Position numbers and translations under genes: made by a program | Notes under the pieces: generated by a model | The model's input: only the letters and a program-made list of their open reading frames with translations | Told to the model about the DNA's origin: nothing | The model's database searches: none | In this document: positions 15,118 through 24,311 of the stretch, piece by piece | How positions within the stretch are numbered: position 1 is the stretch's first letter | How the letters are laid out: every line of letters starts with the position of its first letter | From: a virus | Lineage: Duplodnaviria > Caudoviricetes | IMG/VR virus record: IMGVR_UViG_3300046011_009116 | Location: 1-24,311 of that record | DNA length: 24,311 bases | Reading direction: 5' to 3' (one strand)

Positions 15118-16536
15118 ATGCAACAATTTTTTTACGATGATCAAATACGCAGATTCCTTCTGCAATTTGCTAGAATCTGCAGCAACTTTCAAGTTGAATA
15201 CGGTCGCGAAGAAAATAGTGATCAGGCTGCACTGTTGCGAGTTCCAGTACGATACGGCGATGCTACACGCAATGCACAGACCATAATTCAGGAAAATTCG
15301 GCCAACAACTTGCCATCAAGCCCATTGATGACATTTTATGTTCACAACCTTGAATATGACCGGCCCCGCATGCAAGAGCCGTATTTTGTCAGCAAAACAA
15401 ATGTGCGTCAAAGAACCTATGATGAACAAACAGATTCATATGAACGCACACAGGGCAATGCATTTACCATAGAACGGTTGATGCCGGTACCTTACAGTCT
15501 TGGTATCACCCTGGATATTTGGACTTCAAACACCAATCAAAAATTGCAACTATTGGAACAGTTATTGATACTGTTCAATCCCAGTCTAGAAGTTCAAAGC
15601 ACTGACAACTTTATTGACTGGACCAGTCTCAGCTTGGTTTATCTTGACAGTGTGAACTGGAGCAGTCGCACCATTCCCACCGGCACCAATGATACCATAG
15701 ACATCGCTACTCTCAAGTTCAGTTTGCCCATTTGGATCAGTCCACCAGCCAAACTCAAGAAGTTTGGAGTAATTGAACGTGTGATAGCCAGCATGTATGA
15801 CGTACAGGGCGACATCAACAATGCCATTCTCAACAGTGATTTGCTGCTGGGCACTAGACAGATTATCACTCCCTACAACTACGCAGTTGTGGTAATAGGA
15901 AATCGCATACAGATAGCACGACCAGCACAGGCTTTTGCTGAAGAGCCTGCCAACGACAGTATTGACCCCACTGTAATAGTGAGTGACAGCAATCTTCTTT
16001 GGCCTGCTGTGATTGACCTGTACGGCACATTGCGTCCAGGTGTAAGCCAAATTCGTCTAACACAGGCCGACGGCACCGAAGTAATAGGAACTGTGACACT
16101 GGATCCCTTGGACGATCGCTTTCTGCTGTATGATGTTGACGTTGACACTATACCACAAAATACATTACCGCCTGTGGATGCAGTGATAAATCCCTTAGTC
16201 AGCGCACCAAGATTTGGCTTGCCTAATCCTGCAGACGGCCAACGATATCTCTTGACCGAAGACACTGGCTTTCCTGGGCAAGGCAGTAACATTGCTGCCA
16301 CTGCCTGGATCGGGGATGGGCAGCGATCGGACATACCCTTGGTGGCACGTGCCAACGACATCATTGAATATCGCGGCAATCGTTGGCAAGTGGTGTTTCC
16401 TGCAGCACAGGTCACCACAGGTGGTCAGTATGTGACCAATTTGACAACTGCAATTCAATACGAATGGAACGGTGAAAATTGGATAAAAAGTTACCAAGGG
16501 GTATACGAAGGGGGTCTCTGGACTCTAGTGCTTTAA
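15118..16536 (+). CDS. gp15: Tail terminator / sheath stabiliser (T4 gp15-like) with C-terminal extension
   Basis: FFYD-x-QIRR-x-x-x-QF-x-x-I-x-SN, RVPVRYG, PVPY-x-L-x-x-x-L-x-IW, QLLEQLL-x-x-FNP, A-x-L-x-F-x-x-x-x-WI-x-PP. Confidence 0.88.
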   Translation: MQQFFYDDQIRRFLLQFARICSNFQVEYGREENSDQAALLRVPVRYGDATRNAQTIIQENSANNLPSSPLMTFYVHNLEYDRPRMQEPYFVSKTNVRQRTYDEQTDSYERTQGNAFTIERLMPVPYSLGITLDIWTSNTNQKLQLLEQLLILFNPSLEVQSTDNFIDWTSLSLVYLDSVNWSSRTIPTGTNDTIDIATLKFSLPIWISPPAKLKKFGVIERVIASMYDVQGDINNAILNSDLLLGTRQIITPYNYAVVVIGNRIQIARPAQAFAEEPANDSIDPTVIVSDSNLLWPAVIDLYGTLRPGVSQIRLTQADGTEVIGTVTLDPLDDRFLLYDVDVDTIPQNTLPPVDAVINPLVSAPRFGLPNPADGQRYLLTEDTGFPGQGSNIAATAWIGDGQRSDIPLVARANDIIEYRGNRWQVVFPAAQVTTGGQYVTNLTTAIQYEWNGENWIKSYQGVYEGGLWTLVL

Positions 16537-16964
16537 AAGCAGTAGGCGTCTGGTTCAGATCAAACAGCACTGGTAGATATCTCTATCTGCTGCGCAACGA
16601 TGTCAAACACCCTGGAAACTGGGGGCTGCCCGGCGGCAAATTAGAATCTGGAGAAACCTTGCTCAGCGGCATGGAACGCGAATGCATTGAAGAACTGGGT
16701 TACTTTCCCCAATATCAACGACTGGTGCCACTGGAAAAATTCACTTCAGCTGACAGAACTTTTGAATATCACACCTGGGTATGCAGCGTGGATCAAGAAT
16801 TTGTACCGACGCTCAATCACGAACATCTCGGCTACGCTTGGATCAACGCAGGCATATTTCCCCGACCCATGCATCCTGGTCTTTGGAACACTGTAAACAT
16901 TGACGCTGTAAAAGACAAAATCCTGCGATTGGAGCAGGATTTTGCTATAATCACCCCAACCTAA
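16479..16964 (+). CDS. NUDIX hydrolase (start uncertain: TTG 16479 or CTG 16518)
   Basis: Nudix box G-KLESG-E-TLLSGME-RE-CI-EE-L-G preceded by WGLPG; downstream LN-x-EH-x-x-Y-x-W. Confidence 0.9.
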   Translation: MDKKLPRGIRRGSLDSSALKAVGVWFRSNSTGRYLYLLRNDVKHPGNWGLPGGKLESGETLLSGMERECIEELGYFPQYQRLVPLEKFTSADRTFEYHTWVCSVDQEFVPTLNHEHLGYAWINAGIFPRPMHPGLWNTVNIDAVKDKILRLEQDFAIITPT

Positions 16965-16967
16965 TTT

Positions 16968-19900
16968 TTAGGCCTGGCTTTCCTGGAAGCTGATCTGCAC
17001 TTCGCCCACAGGGTTACTGACTGTGTTTAGTGATTGAACAGTCACTGCCAAAACTTCTGGACCATTGGGATATGTGCCTGTACCTGGAATAGCCGAAGTT
17101 CCCAGCTGTTTGACTTGACCCAGATCCAACACACCCTGGTTCACCGAACTTACCGGAATAGCAAACAAACGTTCACCACCCTGAATGTCCACAGTCACCG
17201 CTTGTACAGTCAAGTTCAGATCGTTCAGCGGCGTTGCGCCGCCGATCAAGTTTCCTGTAACTCTCAGTGTGTCGCCCACTGCATAACCACTGCCTGCCAC
17301 CTGTACAGTGATTGCTGTGGTTGTAACACTGTATGAAGTTCCTGAGCTTGTTAACTGCACAGTGACGTTAGCACCAGTACCGCTTGAACTCACCACAGTG
17401 GGACTGATACCGCTAAAAGTTTGAGTTCTGCTGAATGTTACTTTGACACCTGATCTACTAAAACCACCAATGGTGTTCAAAGGTGCGTCAGTTACACCGC
17501 CTGACGTTATGTCTGTGTATCTTGGCGAAGTACTGAACTGTGTGAAGCTGGGCTGAAAGCCGCCGCCTGCGTTGTTGATACCTACCCAGGTGGTATTGGC
17601 ACTGTCAATATTGGTGGGATTGATAATGCCTTCCACAAGATATCGACCAGTAGTAACTTGAATATTCAAACCTGTCAGTGCCAGAGCAGATCTGTTCACA
17701 AGATCGCGTTGTCCTAGATTACCAATAATACCGTTGCTGACACTGGGCGCCAATCTCATGGCAAATACCAACAGTTTTGTACCAATTGTGTTAGGTAAAC
17801 CAAAGTTGGTACGGTTAAAAGTGAATTGGAAGCCTTCGTCACCGTCGAAGTCACCATCCATGATAATTGCACTACCCCAGTGGTTCACCAGGGGTGTACA
17901 GGTATTACTGATAATCAGCACACCGGTGTTTTCATCATGGCTGGTAGCAGCACTGCTGGTAAAGCTTCGGTTGGCTCCCTCAATCCATTGAGTGAATGTA
18001 GCGCCGCGTGTGCATCCCTGTAACACATTGCCTTCTTTGTTGGTGTATTTGATGATTTCACTGTCAATCATCACAAACACCGGATAAGGAACACTAGCGT
18101 CTGGATAGTCTGTTGCATCCAGCAAAGTGATTTGTGTCGCACTTGCGTCAATAGCACTGGCCAAAGCACTGACCGGCGTTTCATTAATAGCTTCATATCT
18201 TGCTGGCAGGTTACCAGTACGCATGAATGCTTCGATGTTGACGTTGTTGTTGATTCTACGATGTGCCCAGGCAAATCTACCATCTTGTCCACGGATCATC
18301 CAGATCACACTACCAGCACCGTACCAGCTGTATTCCAAGGCATACATCTGCATCTTGGTAGCATCATATGTAAATGCACTGGGGCCAGTGCCGTCTATGG
18401 TATCAATGTTGAAATCTGGCTGTCTCACACGAATTTCTGTACGCAATGCCATTTTCACGCGAGTTTGATTTTCCACTCCACGGAAGGGAGGAACCACTGT
18501 GAGTCTGTTGTTGTCAATGATGCTGGTCACTGCATAGGTCATGCCACGAATCACAACAATGTCACCATTGTTGAGCTGATCTTGGAATCTACAGGTACCA
18601 TCACCAGTGACCAAGTTGCTGCTGATACCAATGCTGACCAGACCTGCCAATTGACTGGTACAACTGCGTTGAACCACGCAGCAATTCTGTCCGTCATGTT
18701 CCCAGAACATGCCGTTTTGATCATCGTACATGCCGGTTCTCACCGCTGCACCGTGCCAGCTAGTGATGCTGACTCTGGGCTGCTGTCCCAGTATAGGAGT
18801 CACACTGCCCAATACTGCTTGTGCTTCTACCTTGAACGCGATATCGCTCACGATTTCAGTCACAACATAACCATCAAAATCGTAGCCCGAAGTTGTGACA
18901 TTTTGAATCCAGCATGTAGCACCAGGATTGAGACCATGTGGCAGATCCACTGTGACAGTAATATTGCTGTTGATAGCAGTGCCGTCAGCCACAATGTCGG
19001 CGATGTCATATGTGGGCTGAAGTGTGGTACCAGTGGAGAAGAAGATGCCTTTACCAGACTGATAACGGAAATATTTTTTGGTTTGTCGCTGTGCGCTGGC
19101 ACCACGAGTTGGCGATCCAGAACTAATTACCACGCCGCCATCAAATGGTCTTGGCAAGAAAGTGGCATTGCTTCGCACATATAGCTGCCCATCAAGACTG
19201 CCCGAAACCGCGGCTCCGGTCTTGGCCTGATAGGTAAAGGTTGTGGTTGTGGGCACACTGAGAATTAGGAAGCTGCCTTCGCCATATGCTTGGTTGGTGC
19301 CTGAAGTCAAGTTCACCAAAATTGGAGTTCCTGGCACCATGCCATGTGCATATCGTGTGGTGATTGTTATGGTACTAGGGTTAGCGCCGTCACTCACAAT
19401 GCTAACAATGTCAAAGTTTGCACCTGTGTAAGGGAAAGCCTGACGCACCACTGAAGCATAGTTGTTGATGGGGAAGCCCGGAACCAGTGCAGGACTGCGT
19501 CGTGGATAATAGAAAAAGTTATTGGTGTTGTCTTGGAACACAAGATTGATACCGTCAACGTTGGTGTTTTCTGTGTTTTGACTACTGATAAATTCACCTG
19601 CGTCAATGGGAGTATCACTTTGATTTACTCCAACCTGCGGTATGTTGTTGTCACCAGTGGCATAGAAAATGCCGGTCATGCGTACCATGAAGCTGCCTGC
19701 ACCTGCACCAGTGAGTGCAGTGGTGCTGAACTGACCACGAGAGATAGTCTGTGATCCGTTGATAGCAGTGCTGACTGCTGTGTGTTGTACAAGTTCAACG
19801 TTGCTGCTGACTTTTTGCATCACACTGCCAACTCCGTATTGTGCTGCAGGCGGAATGTTGTACCAACCACGTGTGAGCTGCACCTGTGTTGCGCTGGTTA

Positions 19901-20960
19901 CTTCGTCAATTCTGGCTACCTCAATACGATCAACGTTGGTGACACTGGCGCCAATCAGCAGATTGGCGTTGCCTGCGTTTGTGTTGTTGGTTTGTCGTGT
20001 CACTGTGAGAATGTTGGCGGTAACACCAGTCACAGCACATGCTTCAAACACATTGGCTGTTTCAGTAGCAATCAAGATATAGGAACCGTCCACAATGTTG
20101 GCAGCGGCTGCATTGGCCACGTTGATTGTGGTTGTAAGGGGACTGGTTACGTTGGCCACTGCCACAGTGGTGCCGCCAGCACCGCTCAAGGGGCAGCGCA
20201 GCAACAACACATTGTCGCCAACAGTGAATCCAGTTGTACTGCCAACGTTGAATGTTCGTTCCGCTGAACTTTGTACATTGCTGGTCACATAGGTTGTGTT
20301 GAAAGCTAGAGTGTTGCCTTGAGTCTGGCTAATCAGCAAGGCATAATCATTGGTTACCCATTGCGGACTCAAAACGCTTGTGGGTGTAACAGTTGAAGTA
20401 GGATTGCTCAGGCGCAATGCTGTATCAGTGTTAGATGTAATCAAATCATCGCCGGCCAAAAGACTGGCATAGCCGTTGACGTTGTATACCAAGTCGCCGC
20501 CAATGTCTTCGTAAAATCCCGGAATATAGTTGTTGGTGCTGACGTTTTCCCACTTGGTTTTCTGCAAGCCGTATTCAAAGTCAGCGTCAATCAGAGATTC
20601 AGGGTTTGAAACACGGCTTCGGCCGATTGCATCTACACCAAAATTCCAGGGCACTACCTTGAGATTTTGATCCTCATAGTAAATGGCCAGTTCGTCTGTG
20701 CTACTCATGGTCACTGTACTGGCGTTCAGTGTCAGTGTGGTTGTTCCCGCATAGGCAGTGGGAAAATCAGCATCAGTGCCCGGAGTCCAGACCGCAGTAC
20801 CCCCTAGAGTATTGTCTGCAAAGTTGAAAATTGGCAGATTGTCGGTGGTGTTATAAATGGCCAGGAAATCTTCAATAGGAACATTGTTGGGTACTTTGAT
20901 TGTGCCTAGCCCGGCTGTGCCTGGTGTAAACACATAATTGTAAATTCTTGATCTTGCCAT
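16968..20960 (-). CDS. Large (1330-aa) beta-rich virion structural protein, tail fibre/baseplate-associated
   Basis: SD GGAG. T/S/G/N/V-rich. Motifs DAIGRSRVSNP...DADFEYG, RQTKKYFRYQSGK, YSWYGAG resemble aquatic myovirus structural proteins. Two T-x-x-x-HG(L/M)-x-x-G modules. Co-oriented with the fibre genes. Confidence 0.7.
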   Translation of the reverse strand: MARSRIYNYVFTPGTAGLGTIKVPNNVPIEDFLAIYNTTDNLPIFNFADNTLGGTAVWTPGTDADFPTAYAGTTTLTLNASTVTMSSTDELAIYYEDQNLKVVPWNFGVDAIGRSRVSNPESLIDADFEYGLQKTKWENVSTNNYIPGFYEDIGGDLVYNVNGYASLLAGDDLITSNTDTALRLSNPTSTVTPTSVLSPQWVTNDYALLISQTQGNTLAFNTTYVTSNVQSSAERTFNVGSTTGFTVGDNVLLLRCPLSGAGGTTVAVANVTSPLTTTINVANAAAANIVDGSYILIATETANVFEACAVTGVTANILTVTRQTNNTNAGNANLLIGASVTNVDRIEVARIDEVTSATQVQLTRGWYNIPPAAQYGVGSVMQKVSSNVELVQHTAVSTAINGSQTISRGQFSTTALTGAGAGSFMVRMTGIFYATGDNNIPQVGVNQSDTPIDAGEFISSQNTENTNVDGINLVFQDNTNNFFYYPRRSPALVPGFPINNYASVVRQAFPYTGANFDIVSIVSDGANPSTITITTRYAHGMVPGTPILVNLTSGTNQAYGEGSFLILSVPTTTTFTYQAKTGAAVSGSLDGQLYVRSNATFLPRPFDGGVVISSGSPTRGASAQRQTKKYFRYQSGKGIFFSTGTTLQPTYDIADIVADGTAINSNITVTVDLPHGLNPGATCWIQNVTTSGYDFDGYVVTEIVSDIAFKVEAQAVLGSVTPILGQQPRVSITSWHGAAVRTGMYDDQNGMFWEHDGQNCCVVQRSCTSQLAGLVSIGISSNLVTGDGTCRFQDQLNNGDIVVIRGMTYAVTSIIDNNRLTVVPPFRGVENQTRVKMALRTEIRVRQPDFNIDTIDGTGPSAFTYDATKMQMYALEYSWYGAGSVIWMIRGQDGRFAWAHRRINNNVNIEAFMRTGNLPARYEAINETPVSALASAIDASATQITLLDATDYPDASVPYPVFVMIDSEIIKYTNKEGNVLQGCTRGATFTQWIEGANRSFTSSAATSHDENTGVLIISNTCTPLVNHWGSAIIMDGDFDGDEGFQFTFNRTNFGLPNTIGTKLLVFAMRLAPSVSNGIIGNLGQRDLVNRSALALTGLNIQVTTGRYLVEGIINPTNIDSANTTWVGINNAGGGFQPSFTQFSTSPRYTDITSGGVTDAPLNTIGGFSRSGVKVTFSRTQTFSGISPTVVSSSGTGANVTVQLTSSGTSYSVTTTAITVQVAGSGYAVGDTLRVTGNLIGGATPLNDLNLTVQAVTVDIQGGERLFAIPVSSVNQGVLDLGQVKQLGTSAIPGTGTYPNGPEVLAVTVQSLNTVSNPVGEVQISFQESQA

Positions 20961-20964
20961 TTGT

Positions 20965-21357
20965 TTAAACTCCGAATATGATCTGTAATGCAGTCAAACG
21001 CGACTGGGTATTTTGACCCAGTTTGTCATAAGTGATAGCGCCATTCTGTATTTTGGCTGTGCTCACGGTGTTGTCACTGGGCGTGCCAGTATATAGTGTG
21101 TCTCCAAATATCAAGCCAAAGAATGGTGTGTTGAGAGCCGGGGCAACTGCAAAACTTATAGTGCTGGCCGTTATACTGAAATCTACTCCAGGGTTGAGCA
21201 CCACATTGTTGAGACTCACCAGCATGGCAAATGACGATGGGGGACTGGCACTTTGCCCGCCCACTGTAATGGGAAAGCTCTGAGTGCTGCCGTCAAATGT
21301 GAGATTGTCCAGTTTGCGATACTGTCCAATCTGTGGGGTATTACCTACATAAGCCAT
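20965..21357 (-). CDS. Small tail-fibre-associated structural protein (130 aa)
   Basis: SD AAGGA. MAYVGN-x-P start, FDGST-x-x-F, LVSLN-x-V-x-x-x-PG-x-DF...I-x-F-x-x-AP module, then PSDNTVSTAKIQNGAIT-x-DKL repeat typical of phage fibre proteins. Confidence 0.75.
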   Translation of the reverse strand: MAYVGNTPQIGQYRKLDNLTFDGSTQSFPITVGGQSASPPSSFAMLVSLNNVVLNPGVDFSITASTISFAVAPALNTPFFGLIFGDTLYTGTPSDNTVSTAKIQNGAITYDKLGQNTQSRLTALQIIFGV

Positions 21358-21366
21358 TGTGAATCC

Positions 21367-24311
21367 TTATAATCTACCAACTACTATCTCTATTGTGCCG
21401 CGTTCATCTAGAAAATCTTCCAGGGCCTTGCCTATCACTGTGCCCATCATGGGCGCTGCTGATGCCTGCGCATAACCGTTGGCACAGCTCACCATGAGAT
21501 CGCCTTTGTGAACTGGACCTACCACATTGGTTGGAACTCGTCCCACAAGAGCAACCACTGCTGTGTGTTCGCCCTCAAGTCCGCTGTTCATGACATGCGC
21601 AGGATTGGTTGAAATCACACCGGCCACCCTTGGATCACTGGATTGACGACTCATTGTGACTTCTTTGTCTCCACCAAACACAACCACTGTGCCCGGCGCA
21701 TAGTCTGCATCTGCCAAGTATGTTTCTGCCAAGTCAGCATACAATGCAGATGTTGCTCGTGCAAAGATTATATTGAAGCCTGCACCTGCAGCACCAATGT
21801 TGCCTATAGCATTGCCGTTGGCGTTGATAATGTTACCCAGTCTCACGGTGCCTGTAGCAACGTCTACGTTGGCTGCTGTAACATTACCGGTCACTGACAA
21901 CAGTCCAGTGACAATGGTTTGACCTGTACCATTGGGAATCAATCTAATGTTGCCATTTGAAGCTGTCAAAATACCAAGTTCACCAGTGGTTGTTCTAATG
22001 TTACCTGCCACAAGCAGATTGCCACCTGTGACATTGCCTGTGGCTGAAACCAATCCACCTGTGATTATGTTTCCGCCTGTGACATTGGCTGTGCTTTGAA
22101 TAGCACCAGTGGCAGTGATCAATCCACCTGTGATTATGTTTCCGCCAGTGATGTTGGCGGTGGCTTGTATGGTACCAGTGGCAGTGATCAAACCACCTGT
22201 GATCAAATTACCTGCTGTGATGTTGGCTGTGCTTTGGATGGTTCCTGTTGCGGTTATCAACCCGCCTGTGATCAAGTTACCGCCAGTGACGTTACCAGTT
22301 GTGGAAAATGCCGCACTAGCAATAATATTACCACCAGTGATATTGGCTGTGGTAGTGATACCACTGGTTGAATTCAAATCTGTCAACACATTGCCACTTA
22401 GGCTTAGTGTACCAGTTTGCACATTAGCTGCAATTACATTAGTCGTAGCGCTGACTGTGGCACCTTGAACCAAGTTAGTTGTAATCAAGTTGCCGCCTGA
22501 TACATTAGCAGTTGATTGAATTACACCAGTGGCTGTAATTAACCCTCCAGTAATCACGTTGCCACCTGTGATGTTTCCAGTGGCTGTGATTAGTCCTGCA
22601 GTGGATATATTACCGCCAGTGACATTAGCAGTGCTCTGTATAGCACCTGTGGCTGTGATCAGCCCAGCAGTGATGATGTTGCCACCGGTTATGTTGGCAG
22701 TGCTTTGTATTGTGCCTGTGGCTGTGATTAAACCAGGCGTGGTTATGTTGCCGCCTGTGACGTTGGCTGTGGCCGACATCAATCCAAGACTTACTAAATT
22801 GCCGCCCTGAACGTTGCCAACAAATGTTGCTTGTAGATTTCCGGTTACATTTCCAGTAAAATTAAACTGGTTCGTAGCTGCTGTCCAGGTTGGACCTGCA
22901 GGAAATGCATTGCTGCTGTAATATACTCCGTTGGTATCCACACCCAACCATATGGCTTGGTCATTGCCATTGATGGGATCAACATTGGCTATGTTGGAAG
23001 TATAATAAAGCTGGGCGAAATCTTCGCTAGATAGGCTAGCGCCTCTAGTGGCTGCTGCCACAAGATTGAGATTGGTGGCATTGAGACTTTGAACCTGTGC
23101 GTAAGGCTCTGATGCCACAGTCCTTGTGTTTATTCTTAGATTGGCAAGATTCAGTTCAAAGCCGTTTACATTGCCAGTGGCCGATACCACACCTGGAGTA
23201 GTGACATTACCGCCACTAACGTTGCCGGTGGCTGATATATTACCACCAGTGATGTTACCTGCCACGCTCAGCGCAGATCCACCAGTGTTTGCTACAGTCA
23301 CAGTGGTTCCGGTGGCAAATGTTGCTGTACCAATGCCTGCGGCTGCAACAGGGCCAATATTGATATTGGTCGTTGATCCTGCTGCGCCGTTTTCACCAAA
23401 TGATATGGTCTTGGTGTTGCCGCTGCTGGTGGCACCGTTGCCAATAAACAGTGTTTGTGAAGCAGTTGATTGACCTAGCACAATGGGGCCAGTACCGGCG
23501 GTCCCTCCTATCCTTACATCGCCGGTTGATTGAGTGCCTTGTATGGTAACTGTGTAAATGGTCCCACCAAAGCTGCTAGTTCGAGTTGAGGATAGTGTTG
23601 CTGCACCAACTGATGATGCAAGAATTGTTCCCGTGGCGCTGAGGTTGCCTGTGAGTGTGTTGCCGCTGGTGGCGATATTGCCACCTTCAACGTTGCCAGT
23701 AACAAACGCACCGCCGCCGGTTATGATGTTGCCACCTGACACGTTGGCACTAGACGCTATGTTGCCAGTAGCTGATATCAATCCGCCAGTTATAATGTTT
23801 CCGCCAGTGATGTTGCCGGTGGCACTGGCAGTGCCGGTGGATGTTAAATTTCCAGCTACAGCTAACCCGCCTGCAGAAAATAAACCAATAGTGACAGCGT
23901 TGACATTGGCTAAAATGTTGCCGTTGTTGGAGGGGATGATTACTGTGCTATTACCATTGAGAATACCACTGCTGGCAGTGGAGATGCCTGTGAGCTGACT
24001 ACCATTTCCAACAAAAAATGTTGCTTCAACGTTGCCGGTGGCAGTGACATTGCTGAGTATTAGATCCGTGTATTTAAAACTGGGATCAGCGGTATCAACC
24101 ACTGTGGTAGGCTGCACTGTCAGGTTGGTAAACAGTTTGTATTTGCCGTCAGTGACATCTCTAAAATAACCAGTGTATCTTTGTGTGCCGTCGTTGTAAC
24201 TGGCAATCACACCCATGTCAAAGCTGTCACCTGCATTGGTATTGGCCAAAAAGATAAAGGGATCTGCTACTGCCAAGCTGTCTGTGGCAGTGGTGGTAAA
24301 GTTACCGTTTT
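21367..24311 (-). CDS. Long repeat-rich tail fibre with probable C-terminal autocleaved chaperone (peptidase G2-like) domain; 5' end lies beyond the right edge
   Basis: The frame stays open past the ORF-track TTG (24276) to the window end (...NGNFTTTATDSLAVADPF). Many (A/S)TGN(I/V)TGGN(I/L) repeats. C-terminal YADLAE...GTVV-x-FGG...GVIS-x-x-PA...VALVGRVP...KGD...IGKALE. Confidence 0.85.
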   Translation of the reverse strand, partial: NGNFTTTATDSLAVADPFIFLANTNAGDSFDMGVIASYNDGTQRYTGYFRDVTDGKYKLFTNLTVQPTTVVDTADPSFKYTDLILSNVTATGNVEATFFVGNGSQLTGISTASSGILNGNSTVIIPSNNGNILANVNAVTIGLFSAGGLAVAGNLTSTGTASATGNITGGNIITGGLISATGNIASSANVSGGNIITGGGAFVTGNVEGGNIATSGNTLTGNLSATGTILASSVGAATLSSTRTSSFGGTIYTVTIQGTQSTGDVRIGGTAGTGPIVLGQSTASQTLFIGNGATSSGNTKTISFGENGAAGSTTNINIGPVAAAGIGTATFATGTTVTVANTGGSALSVAGNITGGNISATGNVSGGNVTTPGVVSATGNVNGFELNLANLRINTRTVASEPYAQVQSLNATNLNLVAAATRGASLSSEDFAQLYYTSNIANVDPINGNDQAIWLGVDTNGVYYSSNAFPAGPTWTAATNQFNFTGNVTGNLQATFVGNVQGGNLVSLGLMSATANVTGGNITTPGLITATGTIQSTANITGGNIITAGLITATGAIQSTANVTGGNISTAGLITATGNITGGNVITGGLITATGVIQSTANVSGGNLITTNLVQGATVSATTNVIAANVQTGTLSLSGNVLTDLNSTSGITTTANITGGNIIASAAFSTTGNVTGGNLITGGLITATGTIQSTANITAGNLITGGLITATGTIQATANITGGNIITGGLITATGAIQSTANVTGGNIITGGLVSATGNVTGGNLLVAGNIRTTTGELGILTASNGNIRLIPNGTGQTIVTGLLSVTGNVTAANVDVATGTVRLGNIINANGNAIGNIGAAGAGFNIIFARATSALYADLAETYLADADYAPGTVVVFGGDKEVTMSRQSSDPRVAGVISTNPAHVMNSGLEGEHTAVVALVGRVPTNVVGPVHKGDLMVSCANGYAQASAAPMMGTVIGKALEDFLDERGTIEIVVGRL
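22020..22780 (-). repeat. Degenerate intragenic tandem repeats, 69-nt (23-aa) unit with 51-nt (17-aa) variants
   Basis: Peptide unit TGGNIITGGLITATGxIQSTANV. An exact 27-nt copy (caatccacctgtgattatgtttccgcc) occurs at 22051-22077 and 22120-22146, 69 nt apart. Array boundaries are approximate. Confidence 0.85.

Noticed and set aside
16962-16970. Terminator between the convergent NUDIX and 1330-aa genes
   Set aside because: Only 3 bp separate the stop codons and no convincing hairpin is visible.
18132-19184. 350-aa + strand ORF
   Set aside because: Lies wholly antisense to the 1330-aa gene, has His/Cys-rich shadow-frame composition and no SD or motif.
22020-22780. Possible CRISPR array or diversity-generating retroelement repeats
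   Set aside because: Repeats are in frame, vary mainly at synonymous positions, have no unique spacers or adenine-specific variation, and no cas or reverse transcriptase gene is in the window.
21643-23998. Several + strand ORFs with PPV(M/I/T)LPVA repeats
   Set aside because: These are the reverse-complement reading of the fibre's GNITGG repeats, not independent genes.
24274-24276. TTG start for the tail fibre
   Set aside because: The frame remains open to the window edge and the upstream codons read as fibre-like sequence.
1-24311. Stop-codon reassignment as in some large phages
   Set aside because: Genes tile the window intact under the standard code, and TAA, TGA and TAG all occur at sensible gene ends.

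Overview
This window is the neck/tail morphogenesis region of a large T4-related (myovirus-type) dsDNA phage, using the standard genetic code and almost entirely coding. On the - strand, from right to left: a repeat-rich tail fibre truncated by the window edge, a small fibre-like protein, and a 1330-aa virion protein. A + strand block follows (gp14-like neck, gp15-like tail terminator, NUDIX hydrolase). Then, again on -, a sigma70-type unit (unknown 378-aa protein, radical SAM enzyme, SGNH hydrolase), a gp13-like neck gene, a second sigma70-type unit (DEDDh exonuclease, GT10-like glycosyltransferase, gp1-like dNMP kinase), an oversized 1111-aa tail sheath, tail tube, a tube-like protein, a gp4-like head completion nuclease, a probable small terminase and two probable internal head proteins. 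A lone + strand Zn/HNH-like gene diverges from the sheath gene. Seven T4-late-like TAAATA boxes and two TGYTATAATAC sigma70-type promoters lie upstream of gene starts. Four of these sit only 4-7 nt from an ATG with no Shine-Dalgarno (SD) sequence, suggesting leaderless translation. The best candidate for an undescribed system is the radical SAM / SGNH / glycosyltransferase set flanking gp13, a possible sugar-tailoring and transfer pathway with unknown acceptor. All family calls come from motif recognition by eye, not from database searches. No tRNA, rRNA, CRISPR array or IS element was seen.
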